A DNA stretch of 64,000 nt, taken from Burkholderiales bacterium (lineage in GTDB: Bacteria > Pseudomonadota > Gammaproteobacteria > Burkholderiales > SG8-39). The notes under the pieces were generated by a model. It was given only the letters and a program-made list of their open reading frames with translations, was not told the DNA's origin and ran no database searches. Positions 20,309-31,875 of the stretch are shown in pieces. The DNA lies in assembly GCA_038206915.1 (NCBI GenBank), contig JBBRAI010000001.1, forward strand, positions 36,025-100,024. The letters run 5' to 3'. How positions within the stretch are numbered: the first letter of the stretch is position 1; every line of letters starts with the position of its first letter. The translations under genes were made by a program, and so were the position numbers.

Positions 20309-21023
20309 TTTTGTCGAAGGCCTTGAGCATGCCGCGCAGGATGTTGACCTCTTCCTGCTCCAGCCGGCTGCGCCCGAACAGGCGCCGCAGGCGTGGCATC
20401 AGGCGCCGCGGAATCGCCGGGTCGAGAAAGCCGCTTGCGACCAGGCTCTGTTCGAGATGGACGTAGAGATTCTCTATATCCTCGTGCCGCGCCGGCGCGA
20501 ACTCCGCGGCCGGCAGGAGCTCGGTTCCGAGCGCGGCCACGCGCACTTCATACGCCATCACCTGTACCGCCGCCGCCAGGTTCAGCGAGGAATAACCCGG
20601 GTCGGCGGGGATATGCGCCGCAGCGCTGCACTGCAGGATTTCGTCGTTGGTCAGGCCCGACATTTCGGTGCCGAACACCAGCGCGACCTCGCCCTCCCGC
20701 GCCGCCGCGATCAAAGGCTGCACCGCACTGCGCGCGTCGGCCGATGCATGGGCGAGCTCGCGCCGGCGCGCGCTGACGGCCAGCGCGTAGACCGTGCCCT
20801 GCAGCGCCTCGCCCAGGCTCGCGCACAGGCGCGCGCCGCGCAACAGGTCGGAGGCGCCGCTCGCCATGGCTTCGGCTTCCGCGTCGATCGGCTTTTTCGG
20901 CTCGACCAGATACAGCGCGCTGATGCCCATGGTCTTCATCGCGCGCGCCGCCGCGCCGATGTTGCCCGGATGCGACGTGCGCGACAGCACCACACGAATG
21001 CGCGACAGCAGCTCGGCGCTCAT
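20301..21023 (-). CDS. trmJ: SpoU/TrmH-class tRNA 2'-O-methyltransferase
   Basis: 240 aa, VLSRTSHPGNIGAAARAMKTMG, LVFGTEMSGLTN, SLNLAAAVQVMAYE. It holds the conserved position divergent from suhB. Confidence 0.8.
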   Translation of the reverse strand: MSAELLSRIRVVLSRTSHPGNIGAAARAMKTMGISALYLVEPKKPIDAEAEAMASGASDLLRGARLCASLGEALQGTVYALAVSARRRELAHASADARSAVQPLIAAAREGEVALVFGTEMSGLTNDEILQCSAAAHIPADPGYSSLNLAAAVQVMAYEVRVAALGTELLPAAEFAPARHEDIENLYVHLEQSLVASGFLDPAIPRRLMPRLRRLFGRSRLEQEEVNILRGMLKAFDKNT

Positions 21024-21076
21024 ATTAAAATCGACACTTCCGCGCAGTCCGCGAACACACGCAAAGACCCCATCCC

Positions 21077-21862
21077 ATGCACCCCATGCTCAATATCGCG
21101 GTGAAAGCCGCGCGGCGCGCCGGCGTCATCATCAACCGTGCGGCACAGGACCTGGACGCCCTGACCGTGTCGACCAAGCGCCACAATGATTTCGTCACCG
21201 AGGTCGACCAGGCGGCGGAACAGGCAGTGATCCAGATACTGCTGAAGGCGTTTCCGGACCACGCAATTCTGGCAGAGGAGTCCGGCGCGACCGGCAAGTC
21301 GGACTACGTCTGGATCATAGACCCGCTGGACGGCACCACTAATTTTATCCACGGTTTTCCCCAGTATTGCGTGTCGATCGGCCTGCAGCACAAAGGCATA
21401 TTGACCCAGGCGGTGATCTACGACCCCGGGCGCAACGAACTCTACACTGCCTCGCGCGGACACGGCGCCTATCTCAACGACCGGCGCATACGCGTGTCCA
21501 AGCGCAGGCAATTGGACGATGCGCTGATCGGCACCGGTTTTCCGTTCCGTGAAATGCAGAATATCGAGCGCTACGCACCCGCATTGATCCAGCTCATGGG
21601 GCAGACCGCGGGCGTGCGCCGCGCCGGTGCCGCCGCGCTCGATCTCGCCTATGTCGCGGCCGGCCGGCTCGACGGCTTCTGGGAAATGGGGCTGTCGCCC
21701 TGGGACATGGCCGCGGGCTGCCTGCTGATCCTCGAAGCCGGCGGCCTGGTAAGCGACTTCGACGGCGACGGCAATTACCTGAAGACCGGCAACGTCGTCA
21801 CCGGCACGCCCAGGGTATTTACGCCGCTGCTGCAGATCGTGGCCGCGCACCACAACAAGTAG
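21077..21862 (+). CDS. suhB: inositol monophosphatase family protein
   Basis: [16 protein letters not shown].., [22 protein letters not shown] motifs. Confidence 0.9.
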   Translation: MHPMLNIAVKAARRAGVIINRAAQDLDALTVSTKRHNDFVTEVDQAAEQAVIQILLKAFPDHAILAEESGATGKSDYVWIIDPLDGTTNFIHGFPQYCVSIGLQHKGILTQAVIYDPGRNELYTASRGHGAYLNDRRIRVSKRRQLDDALIGTGFPFREMQNIERYAPALIQLMGQTAGVRRAGAAALDLAYVAAGRLDGFWEMGLSPWDMAAGCLLILEAGGLVSDFDGDGNYLKTGNVVTGTPRVFTPLLQIVAAHHNK

Positions 21863-21868
21863 CCGCTG

Positions 21869-23899
21869 ATGCGACTGCTGCGCTCGCTGCAGGCATGGAT
21901 CGGCGGCGGTAGCGCCGCCGCGCTGGAGGCGGCGATCCGGCTGCACGAAAGCGGCGACCTCGCCGGCGCGCAGCGCTGCTACCGCGAAATCCTGCGGGTC
22001 GATGTGCGCGACGCCGACGCGACCCACTTGCTTGGGCTGATCGCGCACCAGCGCGGCGAGCACGCGCAGGCCGCCGCGCAGATCGGCGCGGCGATTGCGC
22101 TCAGGGGCGACAAGGCGATCTATCACTACAACCTCGGCAACGCGCTCGCCGCGCTCGACCGGCCGCAGGAGGCCGCGCAGAGCTTTCGCGCGGCGATGCG
22201 GCTCGATCCGGCGCACGCCGCCACGCGCGCCAACCTCGCCCTCGCGCTGACCCAGTCCGGCCGCCATCAGGAGGCGGCCGTCGAATTGCGCCAGCTGTTG
22301 AAACTGAGCCCGTCGCCAGCGGCGCGCAACGCGCTTGCGAGCGCTCTGATCCGCTGCGCCGACGCCGATCCCGCGGCAAGCGGCGCCTACGCCGAGGCGG
22401 CCGCACTGCTGCGCGAGGCGTGGCGCGACGCCGACGATCCGGCCGAGGCCAGGCTCGCCCTCGCCTACTGCCTGCAGCAAGACAGGCACTGGAGCGAAGC
22501 CGCGGAGCACTACGCGGCCGTGCTTGCGCTGAAACCGGCCGACGCCGGCGCGCACAACAAGCTCGCTAACTGCTACAACCAGCTCGGCCGCATGGGCGAG
22601 GCGATCCTGCACTACCGCGAAACCTACCGGCTCGCGCCGGATTTTCCCGAGGCGCTGGCGAGCGTGCTCGCCTGCCTGAACTACGACCCGGACTGCAGCC
22701 CGGAGCAATCGGCAGCCGAGCACCGGCACTGGGCCGAGCGCGTGGCGGCACCGCATTACCCCAAGTCCGCGCGCTTCGACAACGAACGCGATCCGCAGCG
22801 GCGCCTGCGCGTAGGCTATGTCTCACCGGATCTGCGCCGCCATCCGGTGAGCGCCATATTCGAACCCATTCTCGCCGCGCACGACCGCAGCCGCATCGAG
22901 GCGACCTGTTACTACAATTTCGCCGGCGAAGATGCGGTGACGCTGCGGCTGAAACACCAAGCCAAACGCTGGCGGCCGGTCGCCGGCCTGTCCGACGCCG
23001 CGCTGTGCGAGCAGATCCGCGCCGATGGCATCGACATCCTGGTCGACCTCGCCGGCCACACCACGCACAACCGCCTGCTCGCCTTTGCACGCAAGCCCGC
23101 GCCGGTGCAGGTGAGCTGGCTCGGCTACTTCAACAGCACCGGGCTCGCCACGATGGACTGTTTCATCAGCGACCCGTGGTCTTCGCCGGCGGGCCAGGAG
23201 CGCTACTATGTCGAGCGGCTGCTGCGCCTGCCAGACACGCGCTTTTGCTATCTGCCGCCGGAATACATGCCCGATGTCGGCCCGCTTCCCGCCGCGAGCG
23301 CGGGCCGGGTCACCTTCGGCTGCCTCAACAACCTGGCCAAGCTCAACGAAAGCGTGCTGGCGCTGTGGGGGAAAGTGCTGCACGCGGTGCCGGATTCGAG
23401 GCTGCTGGTGCAGGCCGCGGCGCTGGACGACGCGCCCAACCGCGAGCGCTTCGGCGCGTTGTGCGCGCGCCACGGCATCGCGCCCCAGCGACTGGAACTG
23501 CGCGGCTTCGTCCCCATCGATCAGTCTCCGGCAAGCTATGCCGGCATCGACATCGCGCTCGACCCGTTCCCGTTCTGCGGCGGCATGACCAGCCTGGAAG
23601 CGCTGTGGCTGGGCGTCCCGGTCCTCACGCTGCCCGGCGAAACCATCGCCAGCCGTCAGAGCGCGAGCATGCTGATGAACCTCGACCTTCCCGGGCTGAT
23701 CGCGCAGGACGCCGGACAGTACGTCGATAGCGCGGCGCTGCTTGCGCGCGATCTGCCGCGCCTGGCCGCGCTGCGCGCCGGCTTGCGCACGCGTTTCGCC
23801 GCCTCGCCGCTGATGGATTACGCCGGCTTCGCGCGCGCGCTCGAATCGGCTTACCGCGACATGTGGATCAACTGGCTTGCCGACCAGCCCGTCGGCTGA
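21869..23899 (+). CDS. TPR-repeat protein with C-terminal O-GlcNAc-transferase (SPINDLY/GT41)-like domain
   Basis: 676 aa. The N-terminal half has TPR-like repeats (AxxxYxxAL patterns). The C-terminal half (RVGYVSPDLRRHPV.., GCLNNLAKLN, LDPFPFCGGMTSLEALWLGVPVLT) is typical of bacterial GT41-like proteins. Confidence 0.75.
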   Translation: MRLLRSLQAWIGGGSAAALEAAIRLHESGDLAGAQRCYREILRVDVRDADATHLLGLIAHQRGEHAQAAAQIGAAIALRGDKAIYHYNLGNALAALDRPQEAAQSFRAAMRLDPAHAATRANLALALTQSGRHQEAAVELRQLLKLSPSPAARNALASALIRCADADPAASGAYAEAAALLREAWRDADDPAEARLALAYCLQQDRHWSEAAEHYAAVLALKPADAGAHNKLANCYNQLGRMGEAILHYRETYRLAPDFPEALASVLACLNYDPDCSPEQSAAEHRHWAERVAAPHYPKSARFDNERDPQRRLRVGYVSPDLRRHPVSAIFEPILAAHDRSRIEATCYYNFAGEDAVTLRLKHQAKRWRPVAGLSDAALCEQIRADGIDILVDLAGHTTHNRLLAFARKPAPVQVSWLGYFNSTGLATMDCFISDPWSSPAGQERYYVERLLRLPDTRFCYLPPEYMPDVGPLPAASAGRVTFGCLNNLAKLNESVLALWGKVLHAVPDSRLLVQAAALDDAPNRERFGALCARHGIAPQRLELRGFVPIDQSPASYAGIDIALDPFPFCGGMTSLEALWLGVPVLTLPGETIASRQSASMLMNLDLPGLIAQDAGQYVDSAALLARDLPRLAALRAGLRTRFAASPLMDYAGFARALESAYRDMWINWLADQPVG

Positions 23900-23902
23900 T
23901 GC

Positions 23903-23927
23903 AAAGTTGACCAATTAAGTCAAGTAT
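23903..23927. promoter_or_regulatory. IscR type-1-like box 1 upstream of sufB
   Basis: aaagttgaccaattaagtcaagtat matches about 22/25 of ATASYYGACTRWWWYAGTCRRSTAT. Confidence 0.6.
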
Positions 23928-23930
23928 TGT

Positions 23931-23955
23931 ATAGTTGACAAAATTACTCGTGTAT
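23931..23955. promoter_or_regulatory. IscR type-1-like box 2 upstream of sufB
   Basis: atagttgacaaaattactcgtgtat matches about 22/25 and closely resembles the recalled E. coli iscR-promoter site ATAGTTGACCAATTTACTCGGGAAT. It is 3 nt from box 1. Confidence 0.6.
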
Positions 23956-24090
23956 TCCTTGTGTAAAGCATATACATCTGATATCTAATGATTTTCCCGT
24001 TGAAATCCAGCATCGAAGCCGTGGCGCGGGCCGCGAAGGCAGTCACGGCCTACCGTTTCCAGTATATTCGACAAGGCTGGTGAATCCTCT

Positions 24091-26314
<2,224 letters not shown>

Positions 26315-26318
<4 letters not shown>

Positions 26319-27628
26319 ATTCCGTCTCGACCAAGGCTTATCTCGACAGCCTGCTTGAGGGCCGCCCCGAAGCGAGCCCGCTCAGCTGGCTGAACGAGCT
26401 GCGCGCGCACGCGGTCGACCGGGTCGGCGCGCTCACCGTGCCGACCACACGCGACGAGGACTGGCGCTTCACCGACATCTCGCCGCTGACCAAGCTCAGT
26501 TTCCAGCCGGCGCGGGACGCGCAGGCCATCGCGGCCGACGCGCTGCAGCCGTGGGCCCTGAACGAAGCCGCTGCGCGCCTGGTATTCGTCGACGGCATTT
26601 ACGCGCCGCAGCACTCGTTCAACAACACCGGGCTCACGGTGGAAAATTTCGCCGCGGGCCTGGAGCGACACGGCGCCGCCGTGCAGGCGCAGCTCGGCCG
26701 GCACGCCGCATTCGAGCACAATGCGTTCGCCGCGCTCAACACCGCGTTCCTGCACGACGGGGCGCTGATCCTGGTGCCGCGCGGGCTCGCCCCTGCCGCG
26801 CCGGTGCATCTGCTGTTCATCACGACACGCAAGCACGCGGCCAACTACCCGCGCTGCCTGGTGATCGCCGAGCCCGGCAGCGCGCTGACGCTGGTGGAAG
26901 ATTATGTATCGCTGCAGGACGAGGCCTATTTCACCAACGCGGTCACCGAAATCGCGCTCGCCGGCGACGCGCAGCTGCATCATGTGCGGGTGCAGCGCGA
27001 GGGCGCCGAGGCTTTCCATATCGCCAATTGCGCGGTGTCGCTGGCGCCTTCGAGCCGCTACCACTCGGTGAGCGTCGCGCTGGGCGCGCGCATCTCGCGC
27101 TTCAACCTGGGCGTGCTGCTCGGCGCCGAAGGCGCGCAGTGCAGCATCGACGGGCTCGCCCTGATCGGCGGCAAGCAGCTGGCCGACACGCATACGCTGA
27201 TCGACCACGCCCAGCCGCAATGCACCAGCCGGCAATTGCACAAATGCATCGTCGACGGCGCCGCGCACGCGGTGTTCAACGGCAACGTCATGGTGCGCGC
27301 CGGTGCGCAGCGCACCGATTCCGCGCAATCGAGCCGCAATCTCCTCTTGAGCGGCAAAGCGCGCGTCGACACCAAGCCGCAGCTGGAGATTTTCGCCGAC
27401 GACGTGAAATGCGCGCACGGCGCGACCGTGGGCCAGCTCGACCTGGACGAGGTGTTCTACCTCAAGAGCCGCGGACTGTCCGAAACCGCCGCGCGCAATC
27501 TGCTGACTTACGCCTTCGGCGCCGAGGTCATCGAGCGCATCCCGGTCGCCACGCTCAGGCAGCGGCTGGAACAGACGGTCATGGCGCGCACCCAGAGCGC
27601 CAAAGCGGTCGCGGGGAGCGCGCCATGA
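26315..27628 (+). CDS. sufD: Fe-S cluster assembly protein SufD
   Basis: ATGA overlap with sufC. 437 aa, with a C-terminal beta-helix region similar to SufB (..[42 protein letters not shown]..). Confidence 0.9.
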
Positions 27629-28884
27629 CCGCGCGGCCGAGCGCGCTGCAGCCGGTGATCGCGCCGCTGCTGGACCTCGAGCGCATCCGCGCCGATTTTC
27701 CGATCCTCGGCCTCAGGCCGGGCGGCAAGCCGCTGGTCTATCTGGACAACGCGGCCTCGAGCCAGATGCCGCAGCAGGTGATCGACCGCCTGGTGCGCTA
27801 CCAGACCAGCCAGCACGCCAACATCCACCGCGCGGTGCATACGCTGTCCGAGATCGCCACCGCGGAATACGAGGCGGCGCGGCGCAAGCTGGCGCGCTTC
27901 ATCAATGCGCGCGAAGAGCGCGAAGTGATTTTCACCAGCGGCACCACCGATGCCATCAACCTGGTCATGCACGGCTACGGCCGCAAGTTCATCGGCGCCG
28001 GCGACGAAATCATCCTCACCACGCTGGAGCACCATTCGAATATCGTGCCCTGGCAGATGCTGGCCGAGGAGAAAGGCGCGAAGATCCGCGTCGTGCCCGT
28101 CAACGACGCGGGAGAACTCCTGATCGAGGACTACGAGCGGCTGTTCAGCGCGCGCACCAGGCTGGTCGGGGTGATGCATGTCTCGAACGCGCTCGGCAGC
28201 ATCAATCCGGTCAAGCAGATGGCTGCGTTTGCGCATGCGCGCGGCGTGCCGGTGCTGGTGGACGGCGCACAGGCGGTGCCGCACATGCGCGTCGACGTGC
28301 AGGACCTCGATTGCGATTTCTACGCGTTTTCCGGGCACAAGCTGTGCGGCCCGACCGGCATCGGCATCCTCTACGGCAAGGCGGCGCTGCTCGAGCGCAT
28401 GCAGCCGTTCAAGGGCGGCGGCGACATGATCCTGTCGGTCACGTTCGAGAAGACCACCTACAACGTAATCCCGCAGAAGTTCGAAGCGGGCACGCCGCCC
28501 ATTGCGCAAGCTATCGGCCTGGGCGCGGCGGTCGACTATCTTGGCGCGATAGGCATGGACGCGATCGCGGCGCACGAGCGCGCGCTGCTCGACTATGCCA
28601 CCGCGAAACTCGCGCGCATGGCGGGCGTGCGCCTCATCGGCACCGCCGCCGAGAAGGCTGCGGTGCTGTCGTTCGCGCTCGAAGGCGTGCACCCGCACGA
28701 CGTCGGCACGCTGCTCAACGAGGACGGGATCGCGGTGCGCACCGGCCATCATTGTGCGCAGCCGGTGATGCAGCGTTTCAAGGTGCCGGCGACCACGCGC
28801 GCCTCCTTCGCCTTCTACAACACGGTGGCGGAGATCGACGCGCTCGCCGCGGGCATCGCCAACGTACAAAAGGTCTTCCGCTGA
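27625..28884 (+). CDS. sufS: cysteine desulfurase SufS (group II)
   Basis: ATGA overlap with sufD. FPILG..VYLDNAASSQ, PLP-Lys region FSGHKLCGPTGIG, catalytic loop RTGHHCAQP. Confidence 0.95.
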   Translation: MTARPSALQPVIAPLLDLERIRADFPILGLRPGGKPLVYLDNAASSQMPQQVIDRLVRYQTSQHANIHRAVHTLSEIATAEYEAARRKLARFINAREEREVIFTSGTTDAINLVMHGYGRKFIGAGDEIILTTLEHHSNIVPWQMLAEEKGAKIRVVPVNDAGELLIEDYERLFSARTRLVGVMHVSNALGSINPVKQMAAFAHARGVPVLVDGAQAVPHMRVDVQDLDCDFYAFSGHKLCGPTGIGILYGKAALLERMQPFKGGGDMILSVTFEKTTYNVIPQKFEAGTPPIAQAIGLGAAVDYLGAIGMDAIAAHERALLDYATAKLARMAGVRLIGTAAEKAAVLSFALEGVHPHDVGTLLNEDGIAVRTGHHCAQPVMQRFKVPATTRASFAFYNTVAEIDALAAGIANVQKVFR

Positions 28885-29372
28885 TGACCGACCCGAAATC
28901 GCTGTACCAGGAAGTCATACTCGACCACAACCGCAAGCCGCGCAATTTCGGCACGCTGGAGCAGGCGAGCCATCACGCCAAAGGCCACAATCCGCTGTGC
29001 GGCGACCATCTAAGCCTGGCGCTGAACCTGGACGGGGAGCGCATTTCGGCCATCGCGTTCGAGGGCGAGTCCTGCGCCATCTGCAAGGCGTCGGCATCGA
29101 TGATGACGGCCAACGTCAAGGGCAAGACGACGCAGGAGGCCGAAACCATGGTGCAGGAGTTCCGCGACATGGCGACCGGCCAGCTCGACACCGAGAAGCA
29201 GGAGCACCATCTGGGCCGGCTAACCGTATTCGCCGGCGTGCGCGACCTGCCGACGCGCGTCAAATGCGCGATCCTGCCCTGGCACACACTGCATGCCGCG
29301 CTGCATTCGGTCGCGGACACCTCGACCGAATCCGACAACGATCCGATGCACGCACCCATCGGCGATGCCTGA
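28884..29372 (+). CDS. sufU: SufU-type (IscU-like, Zn-dependent) sulfur acceptor
   Basis: Overlaps the sufS stop by 1 nt (TGATG). YQEVILDHNRKPRNFG, NPLCGD, ESCAICKASASMM, RVKCAILPW. Confidence 0.85.
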   Translation: MTDPKSLYQEVILDHNRKPRNFGTLEQASHHAKGHNPLCGDHLSLALNLDGERISAIAFEGESCAICKASASMMTANVKGKTTQEAETMVQEFRDMATGQLDTEKQEHHLGRLTVFAGVRDLPTRVKCAILPWHTLHAALHSVADTSTESDNDPMHAPIGDA

Positions 29373-29383
29373 ACTGATTTGCC

Positions 29384-29947
29384 ATGCCTAAAATTGCCGA
29401 AATCGAAGACACGCCGAACCCGAACGCGAAGAAGTTCATCCTCAAGGAACCGCTGAGCTGGGGCATCACGCATTCCTACGACACCGCCGCGCAGGCGGAG
29501 GACGATCTGCTCGCCGCGTCGATATTCGATATCGAGCACGTGACCAACGTGTTCTACGTCGATCGCTGGCTAACGGTGACGCAGGATGGCGCCGCCGACT
29601 GGCAGCAATTGCTGCGCCGGGTCGCCGACCGGGTGCGCGCCGCGCCTGCGGCAAGCGAACAATCCGCCCAGCTCGCCTCCGCTGCGGCTGCTACCCAACT
29701 CGCCGACCTGAGCCCCGACGACCAGCAGCGCCTGTACATGATCAACGGCCTGCTCGACGAGCAGATCCGCCCCTACCTGCAGGGCGACGGCGGCGACCTG
29801 TTTGTGCTCGGCCTCGAAGGTAACAAGCTGACAGTGCACTATCAGGGCGCCTGCGGCAGTTGCCCGAGTTCCCTGTCGGGCACGCTGGTCGGCATCGAAC
29901 AGCTGCTGCGTACGATAGAGCCCGATATCGAAGTGTTGGCGGTATAG
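29384..29947 (+). CDS. Nfu-type Fe-S carrier (Nfu_N domain plus NifU C-terminal CxxC domain)
   Basis: N-terminus IEDTPNPNAKKFIL.. (Nfu_N-like). C-terminus IRPYLQGDGGDLFVLG..YQGACGSCPSS (NifU-C). An Ala/Gln-rich linker joins them. Confidence 0.8.
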   Translation: MPKIAEIEDTPNPNAKKFILKEPLSWGITHSYDTAAQAEDDLLAASIFDIEHVTNVFYVDRWLTVTQDGAADWQQLLRRVADRVRAAPAASEQSAQLASAAAATQLADLSPDDQQRLYMINGLLDEQIRPYLQGDGGDLFVLGLEGNKLTVHYQGACGSCPSSLSGTLVGIEQLLRTIEPDIEVLAV

Positions 29948-30054
29948 CCGATCGCGAATATCATCGCCGCGAGCGCGGCGCTGCCTTGTCCTGCAGCGCC
30001 ATCAAGATGGTGCCCGAGTCGACTTAAGGACCTGAACCAGGGCCGCGCCCGGGT

Positions 30055-30483
30055 TCAATGCGCCAGGCCCGCGAGGATCTGACGCACCTCCTGTTCCAGG
30101 CCGGTGGACGGAATGACCACCGCCTTTCTGCCGCCTACCTCGGTCGAGAATCGCGGGGTTTCGCCGGCGCGCTCATAAGCCACGCCGAGCTTGTTGATCA
30201 GCTTGCCGGTCTCGACCGGCGACAGCTTGTTCAGGCTTGCCAATTCCTTGAGGCTGCTCACCTTGCCATCGTGGATCCAGGCGATGCCGAAACGCTTCGG
30301 CGGTTTGCCGAGGAACACGAAGGCCTCGCGCTCGCCGGGCACCACCTCCAGTGGGTCGGACGCCTGGCGCGCCAGCTCTTCGAGCGGCGCCTTTACCGCG
30401 CTTAACCCGGCGTATGCCGCATTGTCTTCGGGCAGCGGCGGGTAACCCTTGTCGCCGCCAAACATCTTGTCGAATAATCCCAT
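30055..30483 (-). CDS. hypothetical protein (142 aa, orphan)
   Basis: Start trimmed to MGLFDKMFGG.. with a strong AGAGGAGG SD 5 nt upstream. High third-position GC. No family recognised. Confidence 0.55.
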   Translation of the reverse strand: MGLFDKMFGGDKGYPPLPEDNAAYAGLSAVKAPLEELARQASDPLEVVPGEREAFVFLGKPPKRFGIAWIHDGKVSSLKELASLNKLSPVETGKLINKLGVAYERAGETPRFSTEVGGRKAVVIPSTGLEQEVRQILAGLAH

Positions 30484-30672
30484 GCTGACCTCCTCTGGTT
30501 GGGGCAAAAACGCAGCCTGATGGCAGGGCTTCCCGGGCGCATGCCGCGGCCGTAGACCCGGATGCAACGCCAGTCGATGCGCTTTCTTGGGGGAGTCTGG
30601 TCAATGGGATTGTTGCGCGATCGACGTACCAGCAGACGAACTGGCCAGATTACGCTTCATAGAATACTATTG

Positions 30673-30942
30673 TTACAAACAATAGTCCAATCGGGTGCGC
30701 ATGCCGCGTTTGGCGAGCCGCGCGGCGATGGCTTCGATTTCGCCGGCGATAGCCGCAAGCGCTTGCTCGCGCGGCATTTGCCATGGCATATAGACCACGT
30801 CGATATCGACCGACAGGCGCGGCATGTCGCGCACGAAGAGGTTGATGGCGGTGCCGCCCTTCATCGCGAAGATGTCATTGGCGAAGACGTCCGGCGCGGC
30901 GGCCAGCAGCAGGCGCACGGCATCAGCGTAGACCTTATCCAT
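30673..30942 (-). pseudogene. truncated nucleotidyltransferase AbiEii/AbiGii-family toxin (N-terminal 89 aa only)
   Basis: ..FAMKGGTAINLFVRDMPRLSVDIDVVY.. is the N-terminal NTase motif of ~250-300-aa AbiEii toxins. It overlaps the abiEi stop by 8 nt. Its stop codon lies inside a 9-bp perfect palindrome at 30666-30686. Confidence 0.65.
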
Positions 30943-31690
30943 GCGGTTTCAGACTCAGTAAAGTGCCGTCTTTCAAGCGGCTCATCCAGCGCTTGTCGCT
31001 GCCGACCGGCAGCGTGTACTGCTGCTGAAGTTCGGCGACGTCCACCACCTTTGTCTCGCGCGCCCAGGTCAGGAAAAGCCGCACCGTCTTGACGCTAGTG
31101 CAACAGGCAAGCAGGCGGCCGAACATCTCCTTGCGCGGATTGCTCAAACCATCGAACAGATTGCGCGCTTCTTCCAGGCTCTGATGCGTGCCCACTTCGT
31201 ACAGCAACTCGAGCAGCGCGCGCTCGGTCACCGACACGCTCAAGCCCTCGGTCACGCCGGGGGGCGTGGCCAGGGTCTTTGCGGCCAGCGCTTCGTCCGG
31301 CCAATCGAAAAGCCGGGCCGACACGTAACGTGCGGGGAAGCGCGTTGTGAACCAAGCGGGCAGCACGAAGCGCACATCACCCCAGAGGACCCACTGCTCG
31401 CGCGTGGCCAGATTGTGGCGCACGCCCTGTAAAGCGAGTGCGCTCTTGCCGGCTACGTGCAGGCCGGTCACGCGGCTTTGCAGGAACTTGATCGCGCCGT
31501 GCGCACTCAGCCCGTCGGCAGGAAAGGCGTACACGCCCTGCGCCAGCCGGACCAGCCAACCCGTCGCGGCGTAGTGGGCCGCCAGCGTCGAGGAGACGCC
31601 CAGGCGCGCGAGCTCGCCCACGTCGAATGGCGCCCCGCGCGGAAGGCTGGTCTGGAGCTGCTTGATTAGAGAATATCTTGAAGTTCCCAT
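30935..31690 (-). CDS. type IV toxin-antitoxin AbiEi-family antitoxin/transcriptional regulator
   Basis: 251 aa. N-terminal wHTH-like FDVGELARLGVSSTLAAHYAATGWLVRLAQGVYAF. Operon arrangement with the AbiEii fragment. Confidence 0.7.
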   Translation of the reverse strand: MGTSRYSLIKQLQTSLPRGAPFDVGELARLGVSSTLAAHYAATGWLVRLAQGVYAFPADGLSAHGAIKFLQSRVTGLHVAGKSALALQGVRHNLATREQWVLWGDVRFVLPAWFTTRFPARYVSARLFDWPDEALAAKTLATPPGVTEGLSVSVTERALLELLYEVGTHQSLEEARNLFDGLSNPRKEMFGRLLACCTSVKTVRLFLTWARETKVVDVAELQQQYTLPVGSDKRWMSRLKDGTLLSLKPHG

Positions 31691-31875
31691 AATGATTGAA
31701 TATTACGGCATTTTCTAATCACATTCAATCTTATTGATTAAATGTTACATGTATATTATTATATAGCTATAATTTAATAACCATATCTAATCAGAAGGTA
31801 ATTGACGCCAGAATCCCCAGATTTTTATGTATTTTACGGTATTTAATCCACGTTCTATGCTGTATTATACATTTA

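Noticed and set aside
21020-22756. 578-aa minus-strand ORF. Similar long antisense ORFs are 24100..25575, 16132..17625, 22823..23914, 34744..35994, 39082..40449, 40415..41650, 45309..46556, 47252..48544, 49567..50652 and 57024..58274.
   Set aside because: Each lies opposite a gene with strong family motifs (suhB/TPR, sufB, mfd, mutS, hom, aminotransferase, arnC, arnA, hydrolase, dnaB). They have low-complexity R/A/G/H composition and no recognisable domains. They are GC-driven shadow ORFs.
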